This document shows positions 13,464 to 26,322 of a stretch of DNA of 64,000 bases, one piece after another; position 1 is the first letter of the stretch; every line of letters starts with the position of its first letter. The DNA is from Vicugna vicugna (Eukaryota). The DNA lies in NCBI GenBank assembly GCA_013265495.1, contig MU058198.1:4789779-4853778 (forward strand), read 5' to 3'. Below the pieces are notes generated by a model that was given only the letters and a program-made list of their open reading frames with translations, was not told where the DNA came from and searched no databases. The position numbers and the translations under genes were made by a program.

Positions 13464-14559
13464 CCTGTAGGATTATATCATGATATACTTAAGCTCTCTC
13501 CTCTCTTTGGACATCTCTGTCATTTCCATCCATTGCTTTTACAAACAAGCATACCGAGAATACCCTTGTGCTCTTGAATGCATTGTGTCTGTAGAGAAAA
13601 TGGAAGAAGTCCGTACTTTTAAAATTTTGATACACTTTGATGTATTTTGATAAGTTGTCAGAAAGCAATCTTATTCCTCAGTTCGTGGGGAAAATCTCCA
13701 TGTAGTGCCGGAGTAATGTTATAGCTTTAGTAAAACTCAGCCCCTTGGTGCCCCAGGCACCTACTGGCCCTTGATAAAAGCTTTTAATAATAAGGATGAC
13801 GATTCTGTATAAAATAACCATGAGATGAAAGAAAATAAGCAGTTTGCATGTGGTTATCCCTCTTGGTTATTTAGCATTTGGCTTCTGTTACAAAATAATA
13901 ATCAATACCCCTTTCCCTTCTGCATGAAAGGGGGGAAAAAGTAAATACTTCCATTCTTTCTCTGAACTGCTGCAGACTCATTTTTTTTTTCTATCAGACT
14001 TGAGAATTCACCGTGAGGCCAAAGAGTCTTTTTTTTTTTTTTCAACTTTTCCCTAGCAAATTTCAGTGGATGGCTTTAGGCGTACAGCAAGTTGAGATTT
14101 CGGAGGTGGTGGTTAGGGACAGGTGGGGAACCAGAGTCCTGTCTGGGATCTGCCCTGGGTTGGGGGTAAGGGGGATTCTGCAGGCAAGAGACTGCCCCGG
14201 GGCGCCCTGGGAAGTCCAGCCTGTCACCTCTTGGCACCTTACGTCATTCAGAGAGCAGATCCCAAGGCAGGCATAGGTGAGTGACAATGGGACAGACCTC
14301 TGAAGGCTTCTCTCTGGGCAAGAGCAGAGCTGAACGGTTTTACTGGAGACCTGGGAAGCAGGGGCCCGTGGATGAAGAAGGTTGATGAGTGGTACCGTGG
14401 TGATGGTTTTCTTTAAAACCCAGCAAATCAATTCATTTATGAGCCTGTGACCGTGACAGGATGCGTTTCTGTGGCTGGTGCTTCCAGAGTCTCAGCTGTC
14501 CTCTCAGGCTTTTATGCAGGCGCTCCTTGACACAAGATCCCCGATCTCCGTATCAGAAC

Positions 14560-15064
14560 GTTCCTTTCACCGCCTGGCTGTGAAAGGGGCTGCTATTGTC
14601 CCTCAGTTTTTGTTGGTAGGTGACCCTCTGAACTAAAGACTGTGCTTCCCAGCCTTTCTTCCGCTCGGTGTGGCCGACAAAGTAAAGTCTGGGCCGGTGG
14701 GATCTGACAGCGGATGCTGGGTATGACTTCTGAGAAAAGGTCCTTATGAGAACGCTGTTTTCTCTCGCTGTTGATGAGAATGCGAATACAAGAGGTGAAG
14801 CCTGAACAGAAATTTGGCGCTGTTGTGGCAAGAGCATCATCTCGAGAAGCAAGAAGCAGGAGGAGCCCGATGGAAACCTCTGGGTCAGAGAGAGATACGT
14901 GGTCCGTTCGTATGTGCAAATTCTAATACTTCAATTAAACAACAAAAAAGAGGAACATCAGACAGTTTAAAAAAGAAAGCGAGGGAGAGACGTTTCTGTA
15001 TTGCTTCAGCCGTATTGTTTTGGCTTTTGGCTGTTCTTGGATAAACTGAATTGTAACAGATACA
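14560..15064 (+). mobile_element. MaLR LTR, MLT1J-like
   Basis: aactaaagactgtgcttcccagcc...ggtgtggcc; terminus gaattgtaacagataca. Confidence 0.6.
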
Positions 15065-15309
15065 TCTGCTGTCTGCGTCCCAGGCATTGTTTCATGTGTC
15101 TTAGGTAGGTCGTCTTATGACTCTTTATTACTGTCCATATTTTAACAGATGAGGAAACTGAAACTTAAAGACGAGAAGTTATAAGCGATGTGTCCAATAG
15201 GACACACTTGGTGTATTCCCGGGTTTTAACCTGCCTGACTCCACACCTGTACTTGTGTTAATCTCTGTACTTTCCAGAAGGGATTCAGATATTCATTTCG
15301 CAATTCACA

Positions 15310-17090
15310 CTGGTTACCTCCCAGTGGGAATGTGGCAGGCACTGTGCTTGGCGCGGGGGACACAAAAGTAAGCCAGGACAGATGATTCTTGGGGCTTGTG
15401 TGTCTTCTAGTGGAGAAGAAAGATAAAATCCATCAAGCTAAATAAAATTGTAAGCAGGATGAGTCCTGTGAAGGAATGGGACCCAGTGTGGTAAGAGAAA
15501 GCAACAGCGGGTGCAGTATGAACCTAGACGACTGACCTACTGGAGGTCTGCAGAGTCTGGGGACACTCTCCCAAGTGAGCAGCATTTGAGATGAGATCTG
15601 AAGGGAGGCGGAGGGCGTCTTGGAAGGACTAAAGGCTCACAGCGCGGAGCTCGGTAAGAGTGAGAGGCGTGGCTTAGAATGAAGCTTGGAGAGGGTGGTT
15701 ATGCAGGGAATTGCAGGACATGTTCAAGATTTGGGGCTTGCGGGGAGGGTGTAGCTCAGTGGTAGAGCGCATGCCTAGCATGCACAACGTCCTGGGTTCA
15801 ATCCCCGGCACCTCCATTAAAAATAAATAAATAAATAAATAAATAAGTTAGTAAATAATTACCTCCCTCCCTCAAATAAACCCCAAAAATAAAAAAGGTA
15901 AGAAATTAAAAAATTTTAAAAAACAAAATAAATAATAAAAATGAAAATAGAATCTCCCTCTAAAAATAAACAAATAAATAAATAAACCTAATTCCCCCCA
16001 CCCCAAACCAAACCAACCAAAGATTTGGGGCTTTATCCTCAGCGAGATGGAGGCCTCTCTAACGGTTTTAATGGACAGGTGACAGGGTCAAGGTCGTACT
16101 CTGAAATGATCATCCTGGTTGCTCTGTAGAGAATGGACTGGAGAGACAGAGGAAGTGCCTCTGGGAGGTTCTTATAATAGTCCAGGGAAAACGTTTCTGG
16201 TGGCTTTGACTAGTGGGGTGGCAGTGAGGATGGAAAGAACTGAAGGGTGCTGAATGACATTTGGGAGGCAAGACTGAAGGGATATGATGTAGTCTTGCCT
16301 TTGGGGGATGTGAGAGAGGAGTTCGCAAGAACTTCTAGGTTTCCAGCTTGTGTAACTGGATGGGAGAATGATGGCTTTACTTAACCAAGGGACCACCAGG
16401 AGAAGAGCTGGCTTGGGGTAATTAGAGGGTGTCTGCCCAGCAAACCCTGTGCCCTCTTCCATTGAAGAACTGTCAATCCAATCATGATGTTTGGTTATCT
16501 TTTCCTTAAGAAAAACCCACCTCCCCGGCTGTAGCACACAGTGCTTGGCAAGACAGCATGGTTGGGACAGGTATTGGCTGAGTGGCCAACGTTTGCACAG
16601 TGAGATTCCTTTCTGTGCGAAATTGGAGGTGACGGTGAAGGTGACTTGCCTTAGGGGTCTTGGAGCAGGAAGGATGGAGTCCTACAGAGGTTTCTGCCGA
16701 GGGAGATGGTTCCTGCCTACGGAGAAAGCTGGTTTTCAGTGACAGAGAAAAGAGTTAGATGGCCGTTAATAGAGACGAGAGATGGCGAGAGAGACCTTAT
16801 TTTGTTGTTTAAATTCCTGAATCCAAGCATGCCTGAGACCAGCTCTGTCCAAGAGCGTTTGAGCCAATACATTTCCTTCTAGTGTCTTAACTCAGCTTGA
16901 GGTAGGTTTCTGGATGCTTCATCTGGATGCTAATTAGCCAGGGGGGGTAATGAGTTCAGTTTCAAAAATGTTGACTTCCAGATGGTTTTGTGACATCTCT
17001 ATATAGGTATCAAACAGGTAGTCAGATGTATGTATCTGAGCTCAGAGGAGAGGACCAGGCTAGAAGTTACAAATTTGAGAGTTATCAACA
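15310..17090 (-). mobile_element. Fragmented L2 with nested SINE and MLT1K-like piece (~16600-16930)
   Basis: ggcaggcactgtgcttgg...ggctttatcctc...gagttcagtttc...tctgagctcagaggagaggaccaggctagaagttacaaatttgagag. Confidence 0.7.
15740..16019 (+). mobile_element. tRNA-Ala-derived camelid SINE (vic-1 type) with extended tail
   Basis: 72-nt tRNA-Ala(AGC)-like head at 15745-15816 with intact A box (tagctcagtgg) and B box (ggttcaatcc); perfect 14-bp TSD aagatttggggctt at 15726-15739 and 16020-16033. Confidence 0.93.
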
Positions 17091-17099
17091 GAAGGGTGT

Positions 17100-17369
17100 T
17101 TTGTGGTTGTTTTGATTGGCATTTCTTTAATAATTAGCGATGTTGAGCATCTTTTCATGTGCTTGTTAGTCATTTGTATGTCTTCTTTGGAAAAATGTCT
17201 GTTCAGGTCTTCTGCCCATTTTTCGATCAAATTGCCTTTTTTTTTTGGTTAACATTGAGCTATATGAGCTGCTTATATATTTTGGAAATTAACTCTGTGT
17301 CAGTCTTATGATCTGCAAATATTTGCTTCCGTTCTGTAAATCAACTATACTCCAAAAAAAGAAAGAAAA
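17100..17369. mobile_element. L1 fragment: minus-strand ORF2 piece joined to a plus-strand 3' terminus
   Basis: gatgttgagcatcttttcatgtgc...aaatgtctgttcaggtcttctgccc (antisense ORF2), then tgtaaatcaactatactcc + A tail. Confidence 0.8.
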
Positions 17370-17864
17370 TGCAAGTTTTATGGTACTAAGACTTTTAAAA
17401 GGAAAGAGTGATCAACCACGTTGAATGTCACTAGGAGATTTTCTATACTGAAGTCTGTAAAAATGTTCATTTGACTTAGACAAAGCTTGAGAAAGAGTTG
17501 ACTTTTTAAGATGTATCATTGCATTCTGAGAGCTGAGAAATGCCAGATCCCACATCAAAGATACCTCTGAAAGTTCAGAAAGATAGAAATGGGTCAGCAT
17601 GGAGTTTCAGTTCCTGGGAACTTGGGGAGGCGAGTGTGAGGGAAATGAGTCTGTCATTGAACAGATGTTTAAGATACCCCATTCTTTGCCAGGTGCTGTC
17701 GATGCTGGGGAGATGGTAAACAGCACGACACTTTTATCCTTGTGGAGCTCAAGTCTAGGTGGGAAGACAGACAAGCAAATGCCAATTGCAATTTCAGTTA
17801 ATAAGTGTGCAATGTGTTGCTTTGGATGCTTTGGTCTGTAAGCAAGAGAAAAATGTAACGGACA

Positions 17865-18200
17865 GTAACTTGGGCTGTTTAGATTTCACTTAGCAAGAAA
17901 TCTAGATGGGGGGTCCCAGGATAAGTTCAGCCTGTGAAGGATTCAGGCTGTTTACATCCTTCCGTTCTGCCATGTTAGCCCGTTGGACTTTGAACCGTGG
18001 GTTGTTGCATCGTGATCTGAAGATGATGGCTGCAGCGCTAGGCATGGTATTCTTGCATGAGAGTATGGGAAGGAGGAAGGGAGGAAAAGTGACACAAAGG
18101 CTTCTGCAGGCAGCCCTTGCCTTTCATCAGGGGGAAGATTCCTTCTACAACACCCTGGTGTATTTCCTCTTCAACCACTGACCACAAATGGGTCATATTC
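17865..18200 (-). mobile_element. MaLR LTR, MLT1I/J-like fragment
   Basis: tccttccgttctgccatgttagc...aagatgatggctgcagcgctaggcat. Confidence 0.55.
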
Positions 18201-19300
18201 ATATATTTATAAAAATAATCTGTTCAGTCACTGCGCCCTGCCAGGCACTGCTGTAGGTATGGGGTAGACACAGTGCGTAAAACAAGGGAGCTCCCAAGGG
18301 AAGTGACCCTTAAGATGAGAAGGGGTTTGCCATTTAGACTAAGAGCCGGTAGGAAGGGAAGAGTGTCAGAGCATAAGGAACAGAGTCTGTGAAGGTTTGG
18401 AGGAGAGAAAGGATATGGTACTTAAACATCAGATGGTGAAATGACATGATTCTTCTATTTAAACATGACTTCAGTGTGGATTATTACTGGGAGGGGGCGG
18501 GAGGGGGTCCCTGAGGCACACTCATATTCTGGATTGAGGGTTGCCTCAAAGAACAACCCTATATGGGCTAGCCTTAGTCTTTTTTTGCTTATTTTGTTTC
18601 CTGATGGCACATGCCTGCATGGCCATGAGATACCCTTCTTTCTGCCAAAGGAATATTCTTCACAACTCTCATCCACCTGACTCAGGTGACGGTGGGAACG
18701 GGTTTCCCTGCCCCCACGGGGGCTGGTCTCATTGACCACTGCCCTGAAAATCAAAGGCGATCAGTGTATTTTTGTGCAGGCAACTCTTGTGAGGCTGTTG
18801 CTGGGCCATTTTCTCCTCCATTTTCGCAGTGACATCTGTTGAATTATATCTGACAGTCTGTGTAAAGTGTGTGTACCACTCGGCGCAAGAGGAGAGTGGA
18901 AGAGAGGGCAGCTGGAGTGCCTTTTTCTTTCTCTCTGCAAAAGTACGGGGTGGATTTTTTTTATGATTCAAATGCATATTTATACTGAAAGTCTTCCTTC
19001 TCTTGACAGGAAACACCAAGCTGGAAGGGAGGCATGGAATACGTGGGGAAGGTTTAATGCATCTCCTTGTTCATCTGTGACCAGATTTCCTTAATGCACC
19101 CAGTTTTATTCAATGCTCTTAGAAGAGTCTTTGTTGCCAGCGTTATGTTTTGGCAGCGTGTGGCTCGTTTGGGAAACTCCAGTTTATTAGATAGCTGCCT
19201 GGGGGATTCTACTGGGAGTGGGTTGACATAACCGAACTTTTTCAGAGACTACAACTAACCAACTAACTCCACCCTAAAATTAACGTGCTACCTTCTGCAC

Positions 19301-20397
19301 CGAATGCTACTGTGAAAATTTGAAGCCATACTAAGGTGGCTTCACTGATCACGTAAGATTTTCAAATAATGCAAATTATTTTCATTAACACCTGCAGACA
19401 TTTATCAGATCTCGGAGGATACAGAACTCAGATCAAGGGCACATCCTTCTTCATGTCTCTGAGATGCAGGGAGGAGGGTTATCTGGTCTACCAAGGTACC
19501 AGGTGACTGGTATATGTTCTCACGTGCCATTCCTTTATTAAAACCATTTTATTTGTTTATGTCCAATACACCGAGTGCCTAAAGAACCCCTCGTGTTCTT
19601 TTCTTCTGTTTCATTTTGTTTTGCGTTTTAGCTGGTGAGGAGTGAAGCTGGCCTTGTGGGAAATTACCTTGGTCTCTCAGACAATACACAGCAAGGGCAT
19701 GTGACTTGGGGAAGGTCACAGCTCTTTAACAAGCTATTTCAAGTGGTTTTTGGGAGAAAGAATAAGGTTCCACCTGCCGAACACTTAGACTGCCTTGGAA
19801 ATAGGGGGCAGTAGGGTCACATGGGCTTTGGAACCAGCTGCTTGGCTGTGAATATGGGCTGTATGACCTGCTGGTTGTGTGGCCTTGAATGAGTTACTGA
19901 ACTGGTCTGTGGCTCAATTTCCTCATCTACAAAATGGGGATATTAATAGTACATACTTCATAGGCTGGTTATAAGGATTAAATGAGATACACATGCCAAG
20001 CTCGGGAAAAGAGGTACTTATACAGCAAAGTCAGTAATGTAGAAATTTTTAAAAATGAGAAGCCAGTTATCTGTGAGGCTAGACACATTGTTTCTGGTGC
20101 CTTTTTTTTTCTGGTATGTATTTTTCAATCCCAGCTCTCCTTCAGCATCTATGTTTCTTTTCTCAAATCCTTATTGGATTCCACTAAAAAAAATCAAGCA
20201 ACTGTATTCATCTAATACTGGATAATTCCTTTATAACTGTCTGCTCTCTCCAGTGCTTTGCAAGATGCTAAGGTTGCACAAACAAGTCTCAAGACTTGAA
20301 AAAGTGGTTTACATTTGACCAGTATACTCTTTGGAAAAATCTTGTGTGATCGGTGACGCCGCCTTAGTTTGGCTTCAAATTTTCACAGTAGCGTCCG
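19301..20397. repeat. 62-bp inverted repeat pair (19301-19362 / 20336-20397)
   Basis: Hand alignment gives 54/62 identity with a 23-bp perfect core gctactgtgaaaatttgaagcca. Confidence 0.92.
19810..20035 (+). mobile_element. MIR SINE
   Basis: tgtgtggccttgaatgagttactgaac...tttcctcatctacaaaatggggatattaatagtac. Confidence 0.9.
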
Positions 20398-21909
20398 AAA
20401 GGATGGGTTTGTCCATGTGTCAGACAACTTTGTACCACTTGTCCCCAGAAGATAACTGGTGAGCTCCACGTGCTTTTCTCCTTCAGTCTAGAAGTGATTC
20501 GACTCTGCTTGAGTTATTAGCACCCTCTTCTCCCATTGTGCTTCGTATCTTGTTACTCATGTCTCGTCTGAGAGGCAATAGGAAGGGTGGCTTTAACTCT
20601 TACTGCGAATCATTTCCATCAGCAAGTGTTCTCTTCCAAGCCGACCAAACCTCTCCATCACCTACTTAAGTAGAAATCCAGGAGGTGCCACTGTCCTCTA
20701 ACAGAGTGTAAACATTGTGAGGACAGGGTCCCCTCTCTGCTTAAGAAAGATTTGGAAAATGAAGAAATGGAATTCATTCTGAAAAGCTGCCACCTCCTTG
20801 TTTAGTACTGAGCAATTTCATCAGCCACGTGCCTCCCTGGGGTCCCACTGAGGTGAAGCAGAAGATTAAACAGAGTCACTAAGGATTATGCTTCCATACT
20901 AAAGCTCCCCCCACCCTTTTTTAAATATAAGTGTGTTTCCCTAACAGAGAAGTGGTCACCTCAGTTAGAACGGAGTCTGAGTTAGAACTGATTCATCAAA
21001 TCCCTCATCCAGTTTGAAAAGAGGTCAAGTCATTGACCACTTCATTAACTCATTATGAATTAAAACAAAGGGTTTATTGAGTTCTTGGGCATTTTAAAAT
21101 TTAATAACCTCAGAAGGATATTTGGTGGCTGAAACCTCTAGTCATAAAATGAGAGAGCTTTGTCCATTTTTTTGGCTGCTGTATTTTAAAGACAAGCTTT
21201 CCCGTTTTTTTTTAATTTTTTTTTTTTTAGGATATCAGATTCTTTTGGTACTTTCTTTCCTTTTCACTCTTCCCCTCCATGTATTTCCCATCCTTCTTTT
21301 TCTTTCTCCCTTCCTCCCTTTCTTTTTTACAGAAACAGCAGTCACTTGTGTATGTTGTTACACCATGATACAGGATACTTTGAACAAACTACCATTATGT
21401 TATTTTTTTCTGTGCAGTTGTTTCTAGGACCATGCTGCTGGTCCCAGTGCGTTGATATGCAGCATTTCTGAAAGATGAGTTTTCACAGGAGGGTGTCAGA
21501 GGATGGGATGGTTGCCTGGACACCTCATTCATTTGCTGTCACCATTGATTCTCTCTTAGAAGCCCTCCTAAGGTGGTAGGTAACTTACCAAAACCACACT
21601 TGGGAGTAGCCTCTGGACTTTTCTGCTGACTAACATAGTAATTGTTCCCTGGAGGAAATTTAGAGAAATACCAAAAGCACATAGGGAAAACAGGGAAAAA
21701 TTGCCTTCTTCCATAACCCTACTGTCCAGAGGATGTTTCTCTGCTGTGCACTATGTTCATGTATATTTGATTGTTGATATTATCACAAATTTGAGATTAC
21801 ACTATATAATTTTTAACCTGTTTTTTCCCACTCAAGTATAGAATATTGACATTTTTCCCTGCTACTGAAAATTCTATTACCATAGTGGCTTTCAGTTATT
21901 ATTATTATT

Positions 21910-22112
21910 TTTCCTGTATCCTGCAGTAAGAAATACGTTATATATAATGACCTAGAATAAACACACATGCATTTAAAAGAAATTTCGTGAAACCATGCTT
22001 ACACTTACTTTGTGTAATTCACTCTGATACTCTTCTATTTAAAAAGATGTCATGGTCCACAAAATCTGGTTTCACCACTCATTAATGATTTGCGACCCAC
22101 AGTTTGACAGCA
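21910..22112. mobile_element. hAT-Charlie DNA transposon end fragment
   Basis: tgcagtaagaaatac...cactctgata...tttcaccactcattaatgatttgcgacccacagtttg. Confidence 0.6.
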
Positions 22113-24469
22113 GCTCCTTTCCTCCATGAATTTTATTGGCTGTGCAGCGTTCGCTGTGTGGTCTGAGTGTATTGTAACGTATTTAACTGATGTCATACAG
22201 GTGGTGGACATTTATATTGCTTCCAGGGTTTCCCTGGTCCTAAAACATGGCAGTAAACAAACGGGCACAGACACACACACATGCACACGCACATGCACAG
22301 ACACACATTCTCAGGATAAATTCCAGGGCATACCCTGGGTCAAAAGGTGAGCAGTGAATATGATTTTAAAGCTTGCGGCACACATTGCTAAATTTCCCTC
22401 CAAGAAGCTTGTATAAATATTTACACTCTCCCCAGCTGTGTCTGCAGATGCCAGGTTCCCCCTGCCCTTACGTGTGAGAACTACATTTTTGAGTTAGAAT
22501 CTCAGTCACAGATGAAATTCACGGCATCGTTCAGCAGGGAGGGGAGAAAGGCTTTTGGCAGCCATCACGGTCTGCTCTATGACTGAGGATCGCTATTGTG
22601 TCTAAATTGTATTCTGTTAATGTCCCGTGCAGCCACTCTGCAGGTGAGGTTTAGCATTCCTAGTTCTCTTGTACGCCACCAAAAAGAAGAGCTCGTTTTA
22701 AACATTGCCCAAAGCTCTTTAGATCCCGTGTGTCTTTCCATTGTCCATGGCCCTATGGACCCTTGGATGCTCCGAGGAGGAGTAAAAATGCAGTAACCAT
22801 GCATCATGCAATTTTCAGGACAGATTTCATTTCAAATGTTCCAGCTCTGTGTTGGTCCGCCTGTGTTTCTTACTTGTCCTTACTTTTGAGCTGGATTGTA
22901 GCATCTCTGTAATAACAGGTATGTACCTGCATTGAGAACAACACTACGCTGGGTTCAGTTTGGAGAAATCTCAGTGGCCCAGCAAAAGGCATACACAAGT
23001 TGTTGTATTTTTAATGGCAAAAATTGGAAAGCGCCTAAGTGTACATCAGTGGGAGACTGGTTGAGTGAGTTATAGGATATCCACAGAAGAGATGCAATGC
23101 GGTTTTCAAAAAGAGTGAGACAGCCGCACTGTGCATGTAGGCAAGGCACCATCTCTAGGGTCTGTCGTAGATGAGAAAAAACAGGCTGCAGAAATGCGTC
23201 TGGTGTAAAGCCTTTACACCTTACACCTCTCTTTTTCTAAAACCCTGTGAGTGTATTACTCCAATTAAAATAGGTGATGAAAAAAAGTAAAGATTAGCAA
23301 GTGTCTAAGATATTTTAGAAAAATGTCCATCAGAAAAACCCCTCAGTTGTCTCATATTGATACTGTGTTGTTTCTGATGGAGAATTTTGAGCTGAATCCT
23401 CCCTGGGTGGAGGAAATCCTTGGAGATCAAATAGACACTTGGAAAGAATTAACTCCACTTCCCAGAGTGCCCATCCACTGCCACCCCATTTACATCCAGG
23501 GAGAACTGGCAATCATTCAATCATACTTAATCCATTTAGAGGGAGCCTTTTTCAAAGCTGAATTATGCCAGTTGGTGCACCTCATGACTAGAATTATGAT
23601 CGGCTTCTAGGGTTGCTGATCATTCAAGTGTTTTATGGAAGAGTCAAACTGGCAGGAAAAAAAAAAAAACGTGTGCACACAGACACTCGTGCACACACTT
23701 TAACGTCATGAACCTTGTGGAAATGCTGGGGTGAGCTTGAAGAGAGAACGTCTGGCTCCACGTGGAGACCCTGGGAGCGTGCCCTCTTCACTTCGCATCA
23801 CTTGTTACCGACATTTCACCTGACTTACGTTCTGAACGGATTTTCTGTAGGTCAGATTTTAAGCATTCTTCTGACCCAGACTTAAGTCTCAGGACAGCCA
23901 AACCCTAGCTGTGTGACCTTGGGCTAATTGCATCCCTTCTCTGAACTTTATTTTTTGATCTTGCAAAGCGAAAAGTACAATGCCTTTGCCATAGGGCTCT
24001 GGCTTGGGTTAAAGGAGGTAAGTTATATCATGTGCCTAGCCTGGTGGCTGCCCTTGGTAGGTCCTGGCTAGCTGAAAGCTGTCTCTGTTATGATGTTCTG
24101 GGGAGAGAGGCCTTCTGTTTGGAAGGTGTTTGTGGGAGTTAAAGAAGGTCTCTGGGCTGTGCAGGGCGGGGAGGGTCACAGCACCAACACCTCCAGGACT
24201 GAAGAATCAGATACCCAGGGGGGAAGTGGCTGTCCAAACCAAGATTCCAGAAGAATCTCCAGTGTTTGTTTCTCTGTGTCTTCTGTTTCTCAGTATTGAT
24301 AACTAGTAAACCCTTAAGAAGTTTTAGTCCATTGGATTTGGCTGCGGGGCGTGAAGGAATTGTCTGGAGAGATGGGGCCGCAACAAGGAGCCAGGCTGGT
24401 AGTAGCAAACCAAGGAATATGGTAGGGGAAATAGGCGGTCCTTCTTGGGATCTTTTCCTGAAAAAGAAA

Positions 24470-24869
24470 CGGAACACAGAGAAAGACACATATTATAAGA
24501 TATCACTTATATGTGGAATCTAAAAAAATAATACAAAAGAACTTATTTGTAAAACAGAAGCAAACTCAGACACAGAAAGCAAACTTATGGTTACCAAAGG
24601 AGAAACGGGGGAGGGGGGAGGGAGGAATACATTAGGAGTTTGGGATGAACAGATACACACCACTATATATAAAATAAACAAACAACAAGCATTTACTGTA
24701 TAACCCCAGGAACTATATTCAGTATATCTTGTAATAACCTATAATGGAAAAGAACTTGCAAAAGAATATATATATATATGTATATGTGTGTATATATATA
24801 TACATCTGAATCACTTTGCACATGAATCTAACACAACATTGTAAATCACCTGTAGTTCAATTTTAAAAA
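24470..24869 (+). mobile_element. Artiodactyl-type L1 3' end
   Basis: atcacttatatgtggaatctaaa (ORF2 end, SLICGI*), caaacttatggttaccaaagg, G-rich tract, acaacattgtaaatc...ttcaattttaaaaa. Confidence 0.92.
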
Positions 24870-26184
24870 GTGCACCTGTTATAAAAGCAAACCCTTGCAT
24901 AAAACTTTGACTCACTAATTGGCTGTGCTCCTTCAGATAATATGGATTAGACAAGAGACCAAGTGCCATTTAAAATAAGTCAGCTCTGGAAACTATTGCT
25001 GTTTTTAATTCTTGGACCACAGCTTTTTCCCTCTTTAAAAAGATTATTGTGATAAAATAAAGATAACATTTGAAAAAGAAAGCAAAAAGGAACAGGACAC
25101 CGTGTTTGGAAAATGACCCCAGATATCTCGGTGTGGAATCCTGTGGTTTCCTGCATCGGCCACACTTTCTGTACGCATGCGTACGGAACCCTCCAAAATC
25201 CCAGTCTTGCTGTAGAAACTCCACAGCGCACCTGCATCATATTGATTCAGGAAATGTTGAACGCACGGAATGGATGCAGGTTCCAGCCTAGTGCCTGGAT
25301 TCCCATCCTCTTTTGATGAAGCAGAGTTACATTTAACTATAGCACTTGGGCAGATAGAGATGCAATAGAGAGGAAGTTACTTTCCGGGATTTCAGTCCCA
25401 AAGACAGATTTCCAAGTACACATTAGTGATGCTTTGTATTGTAAGAGACTTGGAGCCTCAGATTCTCACTCACTTCCTTTTCGTCCTTGTTATCCCGGGG
25501 ACTTCTTTTCCCTGAGTTATTACATCTTTGCACTTCAGCAAAAATTTTATTGCTTCGGGACCATCGAGTCTCGGGTGGGACATTTTTCACTGCTCGTGGT
25601 GTAATACACAGAGGTAATTTCTTTCAGATGGTTTTGGCTTGAAGTGGTTTTCAACGAATTGGGAAGGGTTAAGAGTATGAATGGAGGCCTGAGTTTCTAG
25701 CAGCGGGTCCAGGCATGGAGCGGGTTCCCTCCGCCTTGTCAGAGCATCAAACGTGGATGTAGAGATGCCCTGGGAGGGCACCGAAATAGGCAGCAATCCA
25801 TTTTATTCTCTTGTTTGACCACAAAAAGGAAAACAAAAAGGCATTATTGAATGCTATCATCTGTTTAAGTCTCTTCCAGATCACTTTTGAAAGTTTTATT
25901 TTATTTCTGAAATGGAATGTTTTTACCAAAAGGGAACAGTTCCGATTTCTCAAAGATGGAGGTTAGTTCTTGTAGTGGGGAAACAGTTAGACAAAGCAAT
26001 CTCAATGATGGCGTGGTGGCGTCTTAAATTATGCCCTGGGTGTTGCATGGGCAGCGTCTGATTTTTATCTGTTTTCGGTGTCTTTTAGGGCTCTCATATA
26101 CATGGTATTTTCTTTCCTGTTGTTACTTTGAGCCTAAATAGTAAGACATTTGGCACTGGAACAGTTCCTTGGGTTGTTTTCTTT

Positions 26185-26322
26185 TTGTTTGTTTCATTTT
26201 ATTCCTCCCTCCTTTTTTCTTCCCTAATTCCCTCCTTTCCTTCCCTTTCTCCTTCCTTCCTTCCTCCCTCCCTTCCTTCCTTCTTTTCTTCCTCCCTTCC
26301 TCTCCTCTTTCTCTCTCTCCCT
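26185..26322. repeat. Polypyrimidine (CCTT/CCCT)-rich low-complexity tract
   Basis: Directly visible. Confidence 0.9.

Noticed and set aside
15745..15816. tRNA-Ala(AGC) gene
   Set aside because: Acceptor and anticodon stems are mismatched; the A-rich tail and TSD show it is a SINE
21200..21590. Strong pyrimidine tracts with AG acceptors and a downstream gtaact donor
   Set aside because: No recognisable coding frame; such signals are common in introns
22600..22655. Possible 11-nt microexon (cag|ccactctgcag|gtgagg)
   Set aside because: Weak pyrimidine tract, frame-shifting length, no other support
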